Assembly (NCBI GenBank): GCA_902802805.1
Contig: CADCNE010000003.1
Span: 14,791-78,790 of the forward strand
DNA: 64,000 nucleotides
Direction: 5' to 3'
Source: an uncultured Eubacteriales bacterium
GTDB taxonomy: Bacteria > Bacillota > Clostridia > Christensenellales > CAG-138
Shown here: positions 1 through 9,320 of the stretch, in pieces
How positions within the stretch are numbered: position 1 is the stretch's first letter
Layout: the number at the start of each line of letters is the position of its first letter
Position numbers and translations under genes: made by a program
The notes under the pieces: model-generated
The model's database searches: none
What the model was told of the DNA's origin: nothing
What the model saw: the letters and a program-made list of their open reading frames with translations, nothing else

Positions 1-20
1 GGGCGGGCCCAAACCCGTCC

Positions 21-49
21 TTGACGGAAAGGGCGTTTTTGGGTATGCT
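21..49 (+). promoter_or_regulatory. sigma-70-like promoter TTGACG-17 nt-TATGCT. The ATG at 56 lies about 7 nt after the -10, so the mRNA may be leaderless.
   Basis: TTGACG at 21-26, a 17-nt spacer and TATGCT at 44-49. There is no Shine-Dalgarno between the -10 and the ATG at 56. Confidence 0.4.
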
Positions 50-55
50 CTATCC

Positions 56-604
56 ATGGAAGATATGTATTCTGCCCTGACGGAGGCCCTGGCCGCCTGG
101 GTCAGCGCCGCCGCGGGGACCGCCGTACAGGCGTCGGACTTTCGCCTGCCCCGGGATGAGGGACAGCTGTCCCTGGGCGTGTTCGTGCAGGGCGGCGCGA
201 AGGAGGCGGCAGCGAAACTGACAGAAGATCTGCCCGCCTGTCCCCAGGTGCGGGAAGTCCGGGAGAAAAACGGCTGGCTGTTGTTCTGGCTGTCGAACGC
301 CTGGTTCGATGAGCTTATCGCCTGGGCCAAAGCCCTCGACACCCGGCCCGGGGGCAGCTATGTGGAGAACCGGATGGGCATCCTCATGCGCAAGGGGGAC
401 GCCCCCTGCCCGGACGCGGAGCCCGTGCGCCGGGCCCTGTGGACCGCGTTCATGGCGTACCGCCGGGGGTTCTGGCGGGAGGCGGACGAGCGGGCGGTCC
501 TCACCATGACCCACGAACTTACCGGCATGGACCGGATCGCGCTGGAAAACCGCTGCGGCGGCGCGGCGGCGGCCATATATAAACTTAAAGGAGAAAGACC
601 ATGA
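56..604 (+). CDS. hypothetical protein, possibly an ArgRS N-terminal/DALR-like helical domain protein (tentative)
   Basis: 182-aa ORF with the high third-position GC typical of the window. It overlaps the next gene by 4 nt (ATGA). The pattern FRLPRDEGQLSLGVF...NGWLLFWLSNAWFDELI resembles the non-catalytic N-terminal add-on domain of arginyl-tRNA synthetases, but no catalytic core is present. Confidence 0.5.
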   Translation: MEDMYSALTEALAAWVSAAAGTAVQASDFRLPRDEGQLSLGVFVQGGAKEAAAKLTEDLPACPQVREVREKNGWLLFWLSNAWFDELIAWAKALDTRPGGSYVENRMGILMRKGDAPCPDAEPVRRALWTAFMAYRRGFWREADERAVLTMTHELTGMDRIALENRCGGAAAAIYKLKGERP

Positions 605-1233
605 AGATCACCTATTTGGGCCACGCCAGCTTCCTGCTGGAGACCGCTGCGGGCACCCGGATCGTCACCGACCCCTACGCCCAGAACATCCTGCCCCATC
701 CCGTGGAGAAGGCGGACGTGGTCACCTCGTCCCACGAGCACGGGGACCACTGCGACTTTTCTCAGGTGAAGGGCGACTATGTGATCGTGAACTCGGAGAA
801 GGCCGTGACCTTCCTGGACGTGAAGATCACCTGCGTCCCCTGCTTCCACGACGAGGTCCAGGGCCAGAAGCGGGGCCACAACCGGGCCTACGTCTTCGAG
901 GCGGACGGCAAAAAGATCGTCCACCTGGGGGATCTCGGTGAAGCGCCCACCCCCGCCCTCATCGCGGCCTGCGCCGGCGCGGACGTGATCTTCATCCCCG
1001 TGGGTGGCACCTACACCCTGACCGGCGAGGAAGCGGCCGCGGCCATCAGGGCCCTGCAGCCGAAACTGGCCGTGCCCATGCACTACCGCTGCCCCGGCCA
1101 CAGCTTCGCGGTGATCTCGGACGAAGCGCCCTTCCTGGCGGCCCTGGACAAGGATATGCCTGTCCATCGGCTGGATAAGCTCGTTGAGCCCTTCCCCACC
1201 GGAGTAGCTTTACTGACTCCCCCTTCTAAATAA
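601..1233 (+). CDS. MBL-fold metal-dependent hydrolase (UPF0173-like)
   Basis: N-terminus MKITYLGHASFLLE, the metal motif SSHEHGDH and a later HLGD; 210 aa. Confidence 0.85.
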   Translation: MKITYLGHASFLLETAAGTRIVTDPYAQNILPHPVEKADVVTSSHEHGDHCDFSQVKGDYVIVNSEKAVTFLDVKITCVPCFHDEVQGQKRGHNRAYVFEADGKKIVHLGDLGEAPTPALIAACAGADVIFIPVGGTYTLTGEEAAAAIRALQPKLAVPMHYRCPGHSFAVISDEAPFLAALDKDMPVHRLDKLVEPFPTGVALLTPPSK

Positions 1234-1253
1234 TAGGTTTGCTTTTCTTTTCG

Positions 1254-1287
1254 GTTCCTTTTCTTTTCTCACGAAAAGAAAAGGAAC
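1254..1287. repeat. perfect 15-bp hairpin of the CCTTTTC...GAAAAGG family
   Basis: gttccttttcttttc-tcac-gaaaagaaaaggaac. The same stem architecture recurs at 14348-14375, 27492-27521 and 39548-39582. Confidence 0.8.
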
Positions 1288-1296
1288 AACCCCCCC

Positions 1297-2151
1297 GTGG
1301 AAACCAAATTCAACAAAACCGTCCAAAAGCATCGCCGGCGCCTCCTGCCCAACAACTGGCAGGAGAAGCTGCCCCTGCGCCCGCTGCTGTTCGGCCTGGG
1401 GATGCTGGCGGTGATTTTGGTGGCCATATTGGTGAACCAGCCGGCGGACAGCTATTTGAACAACGCGGAGATCGACGTGCTCCGCAAAAAAGGCACGCTG
1501 CGAGTGGGCATCGACGAGAACATCTACGGCCTGAACCAGAACGGCACGGGTCTCGAGCCGGCCCTCTCGGCCGCCCTTTCTGAGGTCATCTTCAGCAGCG
1601 CCGACGGGTGCGAAAACCAGACCGTCACCCGGCACACGGTGACCTGGCAGATGAGCGAAGGGAACATCGACATCGCCATCATGAGCCTTGAAAAGCTCAG
1701 CGGCAAGAGCTATATCGCCACCGAGACCCCCTTCTACCGGGACCCCTGCGTGATCATGGGCTACGCCATCCCCGCCCGGGAGGATCTGGGCGAAAAGCGG
1801 ATCGCGGTCCTCCACGACACCGCCGCCTGCGACGTGCTCAGCAAGTACCAGCAGGACGAGGAGAACGCCCTCATCATCGTCACCTACGCGGCCTACTACG
1901 ACATGCTGGTGGCCCTTCGGGCCGGGTCCGTGGACGCGGTGTGCATGCCCCGGTCCGTGGCCCTCACCCACCGGGAAAAGGCCATGGTCCTGTCGAACTA
2001 CGCCCTGGGCACCGTGGACTACCACGTGATCGGCACCAGCGAGGAGAAGGACCTCATCTCCCTCATTGACAGCCAGCTCATCGAATGGGCCAACGACGGG
2101 ACCCTCCGCCGCTGGTACGAGGCCTACGACCTCCTGTACGACCTGGCCTGA
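1297..2151 (+). CDS. membrane-anchored family-3 solute-binding domain protein (amino-acid ABC type)
   Basis: GTG start. An N-terminal anchor (LLFGLGMLAVILVAILV) is followed by LRKKGTLRVGIDENIYGLN and other SBP_bac_3-like features. Confidence 0.65.
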   Translation: METKFNKTVQKHRRRLLPNNWQEKLPLRPLLFGLGMLAVILVAILVNQPADSYLNNAEIDVLRKKGTLRVGIDENIYGLNQNGTGLEPALSAALSEVIFSSADGCENQTVTRHTVTWQMSEGNIDIAIMSLEKLSGKSYIATETPFYRDPCVIMGYAIPAREDLGEKRIAVLHDTAACDVLSKYQQDEENALIIVTYAAYYDMLVALRAGSVDAVCMPRSVALTHREKAMVLSNYALGTVDYHVIGTSEEKDLISLIDSQLIEWANDGTLRRWYEAYDLLYDLA

Positions 2152-2162
2152 CCGGGAAAAGA

Positions 2163-2191
2163 TTGACGGGAACGAGAAAATTCGATATATT
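2163..2191 (+). promoter_or_regulatory. sigma-70-like promoter for murA (TTGACG-17 nt-TATATT)
   Basis: Hexamers at 2163-2168 and 2186-2191. A GGAGG RBS at 2220-2224 precedes the ATG at 2232. Confidence 0.5.
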
Positions 2192-2231
2192 TAAGGATAG
2201 CGACTCACTCCTTTAGTGCGGAGGTTTTTGT

Positions 2232-3512
2232 ATGAATCAGTATTACAGCATCCAGGGCGGACGGCGGCTGGAGGGCACGGTGACCATCAGCGGCGCGAAG
2301 AACGCGGCGGTGGCCATCATTCCGGCGGCGATCCTGGCCGGGGAATGCTGTATCTTGGAGAATCTGCCCGCCATCCAGGACGTGCAGACCCTGAAGCACA
2401 TCCTCTCCCGCATGGGCGCCCAGGTGGACTTCACCCGAGGCGACTGCATGCGGGTGGACCCCAAACCCATCACCACCGTGGACGCCACCTTCCCCGAGAT
2501 CGGCGCCATGCGGGCCTCCTACTACCTGCTGGGCGCCATGCTGGGCGCTTACGGCGAGGTGGAGCTGGCGCTCCCCGGCGGCTGCGTCATCGGCCCCAGG
2601 CCCATCGACCAGCACATCAAGGGCCTCCGCGCCCTGGGCGCCAACGTGTACATCGACGAGAGCCGGAACGTGGTCCGGGCCCAGGCCAAGAAGCTGAAGG
2701 GCGCGGAGATCTTCTTCGATCTCGTGTCCGTAGGCGCCACCATCAACCTGATGCTGGCCGCCTGTCGTGCCGAGGGCCAGACCATCCTGCAGAACGTGGC
2801 CAAGGAGCCCCACGTGGTGGACGTGGCCAACTTCCTCAACATGATGGGCGCCTCCATCAAGGGTGCGGGCACCGACGTGATCCGCATCCAGGGCCGCAAG
2901 AAGCTCCACGGCTGCAGCTACGCCGTGATCCCGGATCAGATCGAGACCGGCACCTACATGATCGCCGCCGCCGCCACCAGGGGCGACGTGATCATCAAGA
3001 ACGTGATCCCCACCCATATGGAGGCCATCACGGCGAAGCTCCTCGAAAGCGGCGCCCAGATCATCGAGGGCGACGACGGGCGCGAATTCTACCTTCGGGT
3101 GAAGATGGACCAGCGGCCCCGGGGCGTGAACATCAAGACCGCCGTGTACCCCGGCTTCCCCACGGACCTGCAGCAGCCCATGATGGCGTATCTGGCCACC
3201 GCCTCCTCCAACTCCGTGGTGGTGGAGAACATCTTTGAAAACCGGTTCAACCACGTGAAGGAGCTCCGCAAGATGGGCGCGTCCATCAGCGTCAGCAAGC
3301 GCACGGCCCGCGTCCGGGGCGTGGAGAACCTGCGGGGCGCGGATATCCACGCCACCGACCTCCGCGCCGGGGCCGCCCTCATCGTGGCGGGCCTCGCCGC
3401 ACAGGGCGAGACCAAGGTCCGGGGCATCGAGTACATCGACCGGGGCTACGAGCACCTGGAGCACAAGTTCAACGCTCTGGGCGCCAGCATCACCCGGATC
3501 GAGGAAGAATAA
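2232..3512 (+). CDS. murA: UDP-N-acetylglucosamine 1-carboxyvinyltransferase
   Basis: 426 aa. N-terminus MNQYYSIQGGRRLEGTVTISGAKNAAV and the catalytic Cys loop LPGGCVIGPRPIDQHIKGL. Confidence 0.95.
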   Translation: MNQYYSIQGGRRLEGTVTISGAKNAAVAIIPAAILAGECCILENLPAIQDVQTLKHILSRMGAQVDFTRGDCMRVDPKPITTVDATFPEIGAMRASYYLLGAMLGAYGEVELALPGGCVIGPRPIDQHIKGLRALGANVYIDESRNVVRAQAKKLKGAEIFFDLVSVGATINLMLAACRAEGQTILQNVAKEPHVVDVANFLNMMGASIKGAGTDVIRIQGRKKLHGCSYAVIPDQIETGTYMIAAAATRGDVIIKNVIPTHMEAITAKLLESGAQIIEGDDGREFYLRVKMDQRPRGVNIKTAVYPGFPTDLQQPMMAYLATASSNSVVVENIFENRFNHVKELRKMGASISVSKRTARVRGVENLRGADIHATDLRAGAALIVAGLAAQGETKVRGIEYIDRGYEHLEHKFNALGASITRIEEE

Positions 3513-3528
3513 GGAAGTTTGAAGCGAG

Positions 3529-4371
3529 GTGCGCGCCATGCGATATGATCGGGCTGCCATTTTGACGGATCTGGACGGGACGCTGTTCGACAGCCGGGGG
3601 AACGTCTCTAAAACCACCCGCGCCGCCATCCGGGAATTCATCGCCGGGGGCGGCCTCTTCGCCGTGGCCACGGGCCGGGAGCCCCGGAACGCCCGGCGGC
3701 ACCTGCCTGACGTACCCCTCAACGGCCCCTCCGTGTGCCTCAACGGCGCGGCGGTCTACGATTTCGTCCACCGCAAATACATCAGCGCCATCCCCATGGA
3801 CATGGACGCCGCGAAGGACGTGCTGCTCCATTGTCTGGAAATGGACTGGCCGCTCGATCTGCAGGTCTACACCACCGACGGCATCTACTACGCCTCGCCC
3901 CTCGAGACGGCGGACCCGGAATTTTTGCGCATCCACCAGCCCACCACCCGCCTGCCCATGGACCAGCTCCTTGAGAAGACCTGGATCAAGACGGTCCTTT
4001 TGGAGCGGGAGGTGGACGCTCTGGCCCTGATGCGGGCGTACCTCAAGGAAAAGGGGTACGATAAGCGCCTCTCCCTGGTGGAGGGGACCACGGACGTGGT
4101 GAAGATCGGCAAGTATCAGGAGCTGCTGCCCCAGGACGTGAACAAGGGCACCGGTGTGGATCTGCTGCGAAAGCTCCCCGTCTACGAAGGCCGGACCCTC
4201 ATCGCCGTGGGGGACTACTGGAACGATATGGAGCTCCTCGCCGCGGCGGACATACCCTGCTGCCCCGAGAACGCCATCCCCGAGGTGAAGGCGGTCTGCG
4301 CCCACATCCTCCCCTCCCACAACGACGACGCCCTGGCCGCCCTGATCCGGGACGTGATCCCGAAGCTGTAA
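3529..4371 (+). CDS. Cof-type HAD-IIB family phosphatase
   Basis: DLDGTLF motif I and GDYWNDMEL motif IV; 280 aa. Confidence 0.85.
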   Translation: MRAMRYDRAAILTDLDGTLFDSRGNVSKTTRAAIREFIAGGGLFAVATGREPRNARRHLPDVPLNGPSVCLNGAAVYDFVHRKYISAIPMDMDAAKDVLLHCLEMDWPLDLQVYTTDGIYYASPLETADPEFLRIHQPTTRLPMDQLLEKTWIKTVLLEREVDALALMRAYLKEKGYDKRLSLVEGTTDVVKIGKYQELLPQDVNKGTGVDLLRKLPVYEGRTLIAVGDYWNDMELLAAADIPCCPENAIPEVKAVCAHILPSHNDDALAALIRDVIPKL

Positions 4372-4372
4372 G

Positions 4373-4759
4373 ATGGCGGTGGACGTGGTGGCGGCCCTGG
4401 TGGTGGAGAACGGAAAGTTCATGATCTGCCAGCGGCCCCAAAACAAGGCCCGTGGGCTCCTGTGGGAGTTCGTGGGCGGGAAGGTGGAGCCGGGGGAGAC
4501 CAAGGCGCAGGCCCTCGTCCGGGAGTGCCGGGAGGAGCTGGGCGTCACGGTGGTCCCCGGGGACGTGTTCATGGAGGTGGACCATGTGTACCCGGACATC
4601 ACCATCCACCTGACCCTGTTTCGGGCCCGGATCGCCGCCGGCCGGCCCCAAAAGCTGGAGCACGCAGACATCCGCTTCATCGCGCCGGAAGAGATCCCCC
4701 AATACGCCTTCTGCCCGGCGGACGCGAGCATATTGGAACAGATCAAAAAAGGATTGTAA
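4373..4759 (+). CDS. NUDIX hydrolase (MutT-like nucleoside triphosphate pyrophosphohydrolase)
   Basis: Nudix box GGKVEPGETKAQALVRECREELGV; 128 aa. Confidence 0.85.
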   Translation: MAVDVVAALVVENGKFMICQRPQNKARGLLWEFVGGKVEPGETKAQALVRECREELGVTVVPGDVFMEVDHVYPDITIHLTLFRARIAAGRPQKLEHADIRFIAPEEIPQYAFCPADASILEQIKKGL

Positions 4760-4768
4760 TACAGGCAA

Positions 4769-4798
4769 AAAACAGGCTCCCCTGCGGGAGCCTGTTTT
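4769..4798. terminator. bidirectional rho-independent terminator between the NUDIX gene (+) and ftsH (-)
   Basis: Stem caggctccc/gggagcctg with loop ctgc, flanked by an A-run on the left and a T-run on the right. Confidence 0.8.
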
Positions 4799-4808
4799 GC
4801 TTTGCTCA

Positions 4809-6693
4809 TTATTCCTGTTCCGTCTCTTCCTGCTTCGGAGGCAAAGCCACCGGCGCGTTCAGGATGTCCATGAACTCCTGGCCGGTGATGGTCTCCCGGG
4901 CGATGAGGACCCGGGCGATCTCGTCCAGCTTGGAGCGGTTGTCCTTCAGGATGGTCTTGGCCTGGTCGTAGGCCTTGTCGATGAGGGCGATGACCTCCCG
5001 GTCGATCCGGGCCGCCGTCTCCTGGGAGCAGTTCATGGCCGTGTCGTTGCCGAGATAGGGGTTCACCACCTGCTCGAAGGCGGTCATGCCGAAGGACTCG
5101 CTCATGCCGTAGCGGGTGATCATGGCCCGGGCGATGCTGGTGGCCTGCTCGATGTCGTTGCTGGCGCCGGTGGTCACGGAGTCGAAGCACAGCTCCTCCG
5201 CCGCCCGGCCGCCGGTGAGGGTGACGATCTTGGCGAAGGCCTCCTGCTTGTCCATGAGGAAGCGCTCGTCCTCGTCGGCCTGCATGGTAAAGCCCAGGGC
5301 CCCGGAGGTCCGGGGGATGATGGTGATCTTGTGGACCGGGGACGCCCCCTTCTGCCGGGCGGCCACCAGGGCGTGGCCCACCTCGTGGTAGGCGATGATC
5401 TCTTTCTCATGGGGGGAGATGACCATGCTCTTGCGCTGCTTGCCCGCGAGAGCCACGTCCACGCTGTCCTCGAGATCCTTCTGCGTCACGGCGTGGCGGC
5501 CGGAGCGGACGGCGCAGAGGGCCGCCTCGTTGATGACGTTGGCAAGGTCAGCGCCGCTGGCCCCGGGGGTGATCCGGGCGATGGCAGATAGGTCGATGGG
5601 GCCCTCGGTCTTGATCCGATTGCAGTGGATGCGCAGGATCGCCTCCCGCCCCCCTTGGTCGGGGAGCTCCACAGGCACCCGCCGGTCGAACCGGCCGGGC
5701 CGCAGCAGAGCCTTGTCCAGGGATTCGGGCCGGTTGGTGGCGGCCAGGATCACCACGCCGGAGTTGCCCTCGAAGCCGTCCATTTCGCTCAAAAGCTGGT
5801 TCAGCGTCTGCTCCCGCTCGTCGTTGCCGCCGATGCCGTCCCGCTTCTTGCCCACGGCGTCGATCTCGTCGATGAACACGATGCAGGGAGCCTTCTCCCG
5901 GGCCTCCTTGAAGAGGTCCCGGACCTTGGACGCGCCCATGCCCACGAACAGCTCCACGAACTCAGGCCCCGAGATGGAGAGGAAGGGCACCCCCGCCTCC
6001 CCGGCCACGGCCCGGGCCATCAACGTCTTGCCGGTGCCCGGCGGGCCGATGAGCAGCGCGCCCCGGGGCATCCGGGCGCCGATCTCCGTGTACTCCTGGG
6101 GGTTATGGAGGTAGCTCACGATCTCCTGCAAACTCTCCTTCGCTTCGTCCTGACCGGCCACGTCCGCGAAGGTGGTCTTCACCTCGCCTCCGTCGATGGT
6201 CCGGGCGTTGGATTTGCCGAGGCCGCCCATGAGGCCGCCGCCGGCGCCCAGCTTCCCCATGCGCCGGAAGAAGAAGCTGAAGATGGCCACGTAGAAGAGG
6301 ATGGGGATCAGATACTGGAGGAGGATCAGCAGGACCATGTTCCCCGTGCCCGCGTTCTCCGAGAAGGTGACGCCCGCCTCATGGAGCCGGGTCACCAGAT
6401 CCGGATCGTTCATGGCGGTGACGGTGTAGACCGTGGCCTTTTTGCCGGCGGCCGTCATGCTCCGAAAGCTGAAATTGAGCCGGGGGGCCTCCGTCTCGGC
6501 GGGCTGGGCGGTCTCCTTCAGGGTGTAGTAGAGGATGCCGCTCTTGAGCTCCACCTCCTTCACCTTCCCCGTTTTCGTTGCCGGAGCTGAGGGCGCTGGG
6601 GGCGCCCAGGCCGAAGATCAGCACCACCACGCCCAGGCCGATGAACAGCCAGAACCACAGGGGGCGGCGGGGCTTCGTTTGTTTCTCATCCAT
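4809..6693 (-). CDS. ftsH: ATP-dependent zinc metalloprotease FtsH. The reading frame is interrupted near 6567-6600 as sequenced.
   Basis: Walker A GPPGTGKT, Walker [11 protein letters not shown], zinc site HEVGHAL and TM2 [20 protein letters not shown]. The TM1-containing N-terminus ([35 protein letters not shown] at 6693) is in a different frame from the body (open from 6617). Confidence 0.85.
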
Positions 6694-6739
6694 AAGATCT
6701 TCCCTCTTGCGCCGAAAGGGCGCATGTTTCATTATGGCT

Positions 6740-6748
6740 ATTGTACCA
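6740..6748 (-). promoter_or_regulatory. possible extended -10 promoter (TGgTACAAT) for ftsH
   Basis: The minus strand reads ttgGTACAAT about 45 nt upstream of the ATG at 6693. No good -35 element is present. Confidence 0.3.
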
Positions 6749-6835
6749 ACAAAACGGGGCGGAATCCACCGCTTTTCCCGAAAAAGAAGCGCTTTTTGTA
6801 AAAATCTTGTGAAAACCGCAGGCTGCCGATAGAGC

Positions 6836-6848
6836 TTTCGACAGACTG
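6836..6848 (+). repeat. left copy of the 13-bp direct repeat TTTCGACAGACTG
   Basis: Exact match to 9400-9412. It is also part of the palindrome gacagactgagcagtctgtc. Confidence 0.9.
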
Positions 6849-7423
6849 AGCAGTCTGTCAGCAAAGGCTGGCAGAAGAGGTACTCTATAAAGAGTGTTTT
6901 CAAGCAAAAAGCCTTCTCCTTGACGAGAAGGCTCTTTGTTGAAGAGCGCACTTACTCACCACCATGCGGAGGTGATACGCGCGCTTTAAATAAACAAAAA
7001 ACCTCCCGAGAAGGAACTGTTTCCCGGAAGGTCTGTATTTGTTTGATCCGGACAAATTGGAAGTTGTCTATTTGCTTAATACGCAGTTGTATCGGACAAC
7101 AGAACCATCAGGATAATCAAAGATGAACAAGAAACGATAGCCTTTTTAGCATTCATATGACACGGAAATTAAAAGGCAGAACAAAGTCGACAATTCTCCA
7201 TATTAATGAAATGTCAAGCAGCATGCATGAAGGAGGCAGGAGATTATTTGCCTTTGTGATGTGGGATTCTTCGCCTTGTTTGCATAGCTTGTCAACATTT
7301 TAAACTATCAATGTAAACAAACATTGTCAGCATGTAAACATGTATATGCTTGTTTGATGCGGCTTGGTCAGCAATAATAAAGCTATAATTCATCAACACC
7401 AAGCAAACAATAAGGTATTGCGT

Positions 7424-8404
7424 ATGAAGAAACTTTTTGTGATGTTACATAAGTCTTTGAAGAAAACTATGGCCATGGTCATAGGTGTTATAGCCGTGGC
7501 CATGGGTATAGTCATGTTGACGTTTTTTACGGATAATTCATGGAATAGTCGATCCTCTTTTTTACAAAATCCAGAAGATAATCATTTAATAGGGGATGGC
7601 GTTTATTTCAATGTATTCACGGGAAAAACAAGAGGTCAAGAAACAACCGGGATCTTTTCTGGAGTGGATAGTAGCACAGTTTTTTATGCGTCTATTCAAA
7701 ATGCAGGAAAAGACAGGCATATGAAATTAAAAGGCTACTTAAATTATGTCAGCTGCCCTCTTGAATTTTTGGATGAATCTTATGCTGGAGATGATATCTA
7801 TTTACTTGACGGAGATAACATTATCATTCCGTTTACCATAAAAAGTGATATTGACCCAAATACAAACTATAAACTGCTGCTTTCTCTGTTCTTGGGCACG
7901 GATCAACACGAAGGATCCACCCATTATCAGACAATGCAGCATACAATGTCTTATGATTATTTTATCAAAAATAATCCGGATAGTCAGACGGTTGACTTGG
8001 CGCTTACAAAAGATATAAGCACTCAATATACTGTTTCAGACTTCCCTGGGATCGTTATAAATGAAGATTTTGAAAACACGGAATCCGTAAAACTTCCTCC
8101 GTACAGTTTAAAGGTTGAAGCCGGAGAAACCTTTGAATTATCTTATAAACTCGGGCACATAACAACCGATTCTGCATTATTGCTTATAACGATCAATTAC
8201 GAACAAGCAATATTAAACAACAGCGCCACAGCACTATTAATTGAAACGCCCGAAGGTCACCTGGCATCTGGTACCATTTCGCTCACAGCGCCATCCACAA
8301 AAGGGGAATATGAAATATGTGCTGTTGCGGTTCCTTCCCCGAGTTTATCCAATCCTTTTGAATTATTGGAAAACTCCTACCGCTTCACATTAGATGTGCA
8401 GTGA
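7424..8404 (+). CDS. orphan membrane-anchored protein, probably beta-rich and extracytoplasmic (function unknown)
   Basis: The ATG at 7424 gives MKKLFVMLHKSLKKTMAMVIGVIAVAMGIVMLTFF (an N-terminal anchor). The track ORF starts at a TTG at 7364. The gene is AT-rich and I recognised no motif. Confidence 0.7.
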   Translation: MKKLFVMLHKSLKKTMAMVIGVIAVAMGIVMLTFFTDNSWNSRSSFLQNPEDNHLIGDGVYFNVFTGKTRGQETTGIFSGVDSSTVFYASIQNAGKDRHMKLKGYLNYVSCPLEFLDESYAGDDIYLLDGDNIIIPFTIKSDIDPNTNYKLLLSLFLGTDQHEGSTHYQTMQHTMSYDYFIKNNPDSQTVDLALTKDISTQYTVSDFPGIVINEDFENTESVKLPPYSLKVEAGETFELSYKLGHITTDSALLLITINYEQAILNNSATALLIETPEGHLASGTISLTAPSTKGEYEICAVAVPSPSLSNPFELLENSYRFTLDVQ

Positions 8405-8533
8405 TTCTCAAGGGCAACATAAGACTCGATGTTTGGAACTCTCTTCAACTTTCATCGCATGAGTAAGCTCATTCCGGACAAAAAATGAATTCTTCGGGGA
8501 CACCAACACGCAAACGAGTATGCCACTATGTGC

Positions 8534-9115
8534 TTACAAGCCAGATGGTATACTCGTTGTTTTAGGAACTCCACAATAAACAAGATATGCTACCCCAATT
8601 GAGAGAATAATATTCAGAAGCATTAGAACAATTATTCTTTTCGAGAAGTCTATTTTGTATAATCCTTTTTTCAGAAAATAAAGCCAATAAAAAGGAATTA
8701 AAAAGTATTTTGTGTTCAGCTCGTTAATGTTTTCCGTTTCAATTTGCGTTTCTTTTAGTTGTTCGGAGATTTCGTTAAGATATGGCACATCTATAATGTC
8801 CGCAGGGGCTTCTTGCCTGTTATCCTCTCTTTCAATCGTTGATTCGCTTTGCACTAGAAGTTCACTCGTATCGATCTCATACAATTCACATATTTTTTTG
8901 AAATTTTCCAAATCGGGTAAGCAGATATTATTCTCCCATTTTGATATTGACTGCCTGGAAATAAGAAGTTTCTTTGAAACATCTTCTTGTGACATGCTTT
9001 TCTTTTTTCTGGCAGCTTTTAATCTATCTCCTATTCTATCATCTTTGATTTCAGCATCTAACATTTTTTCACCATCTTTCTTCGGGCTAACTTGTATTGC
9101 AGCTTGGTTTTTCAA
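8534..9115 (-). CDS. XRE-family helix-turn-helix regulator with C-terminal transmembrane segments
   Basis: HTH LKAARKKKSMSQEDVSKKLLISRQSISKWENN. The C-terminus YFLIPFYWLYFL...IIVLMLLNIILSIGVAYLVYCGV is hydrophobic. An alternative start is at 9064 (MLDAEIKDD). Confidence 0.8.
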   Translation of the reverse strand: MKNQAAIQVSPKKDGEKMLDAEIKDDRIGDRLKAARKKKSMSQEDVSKKLLISRQSISKWENNICLPDLENFKKICELYEIDTSELLVQSESTIEREDNRQEAPADIIDVPYLNEISEQLKETQIETENINELNTKYFLIPFYWLYFLKKGLYKIDFSKRIIVLMLLNIILSIGVAYLVYCGVPKTTSIPSGL

Positions 9116-9197
9116 AGAGCGAGATATCTGTCCCCTTATTTTTTGTTATAGATCATAGTATTATCCAGCAGCTTGAAAACTTCGATTTGTCTCGTTG

Positions 9198-9226
9198 ATT
9201 CTATCATGATTTCCAATAGAATACAA
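9198..9226 (-). promoter_or_regulatory. sigma-70-like promoter for the XRE gene (TTGTAT-17 nt-TAGAAT), overlapped by an inverted repeat
   Basis: The minus strand reads ttgtat tctattggaaatcatga tagaat. The palindrome ATTCTAT(9198-9204)/ATAGAAT(9215-9221) overlaps the core promoter. Confidence 0.5.
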
Positions 9227-9320
9227 CGAAAAAAGCACAGCCAATCGAAAACCGTCTGTGCCTTTGAAAAACCCTCTTGACAAACCTCCTCCGAAGCCGC
9301 TAATTTGCGACGATTTCAAT

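Noticed and set aside
6920-7126. 68-aa ORF, together with a strong-looking GAAGGAGG at 7229-7236, in the AT-rich intergenic region.
   Set aside because: The ORF has no RBS and an implausible composition. The GAAGGAGG is not followed by a start codon opening an ORF longer than a few codons at a proper distance.
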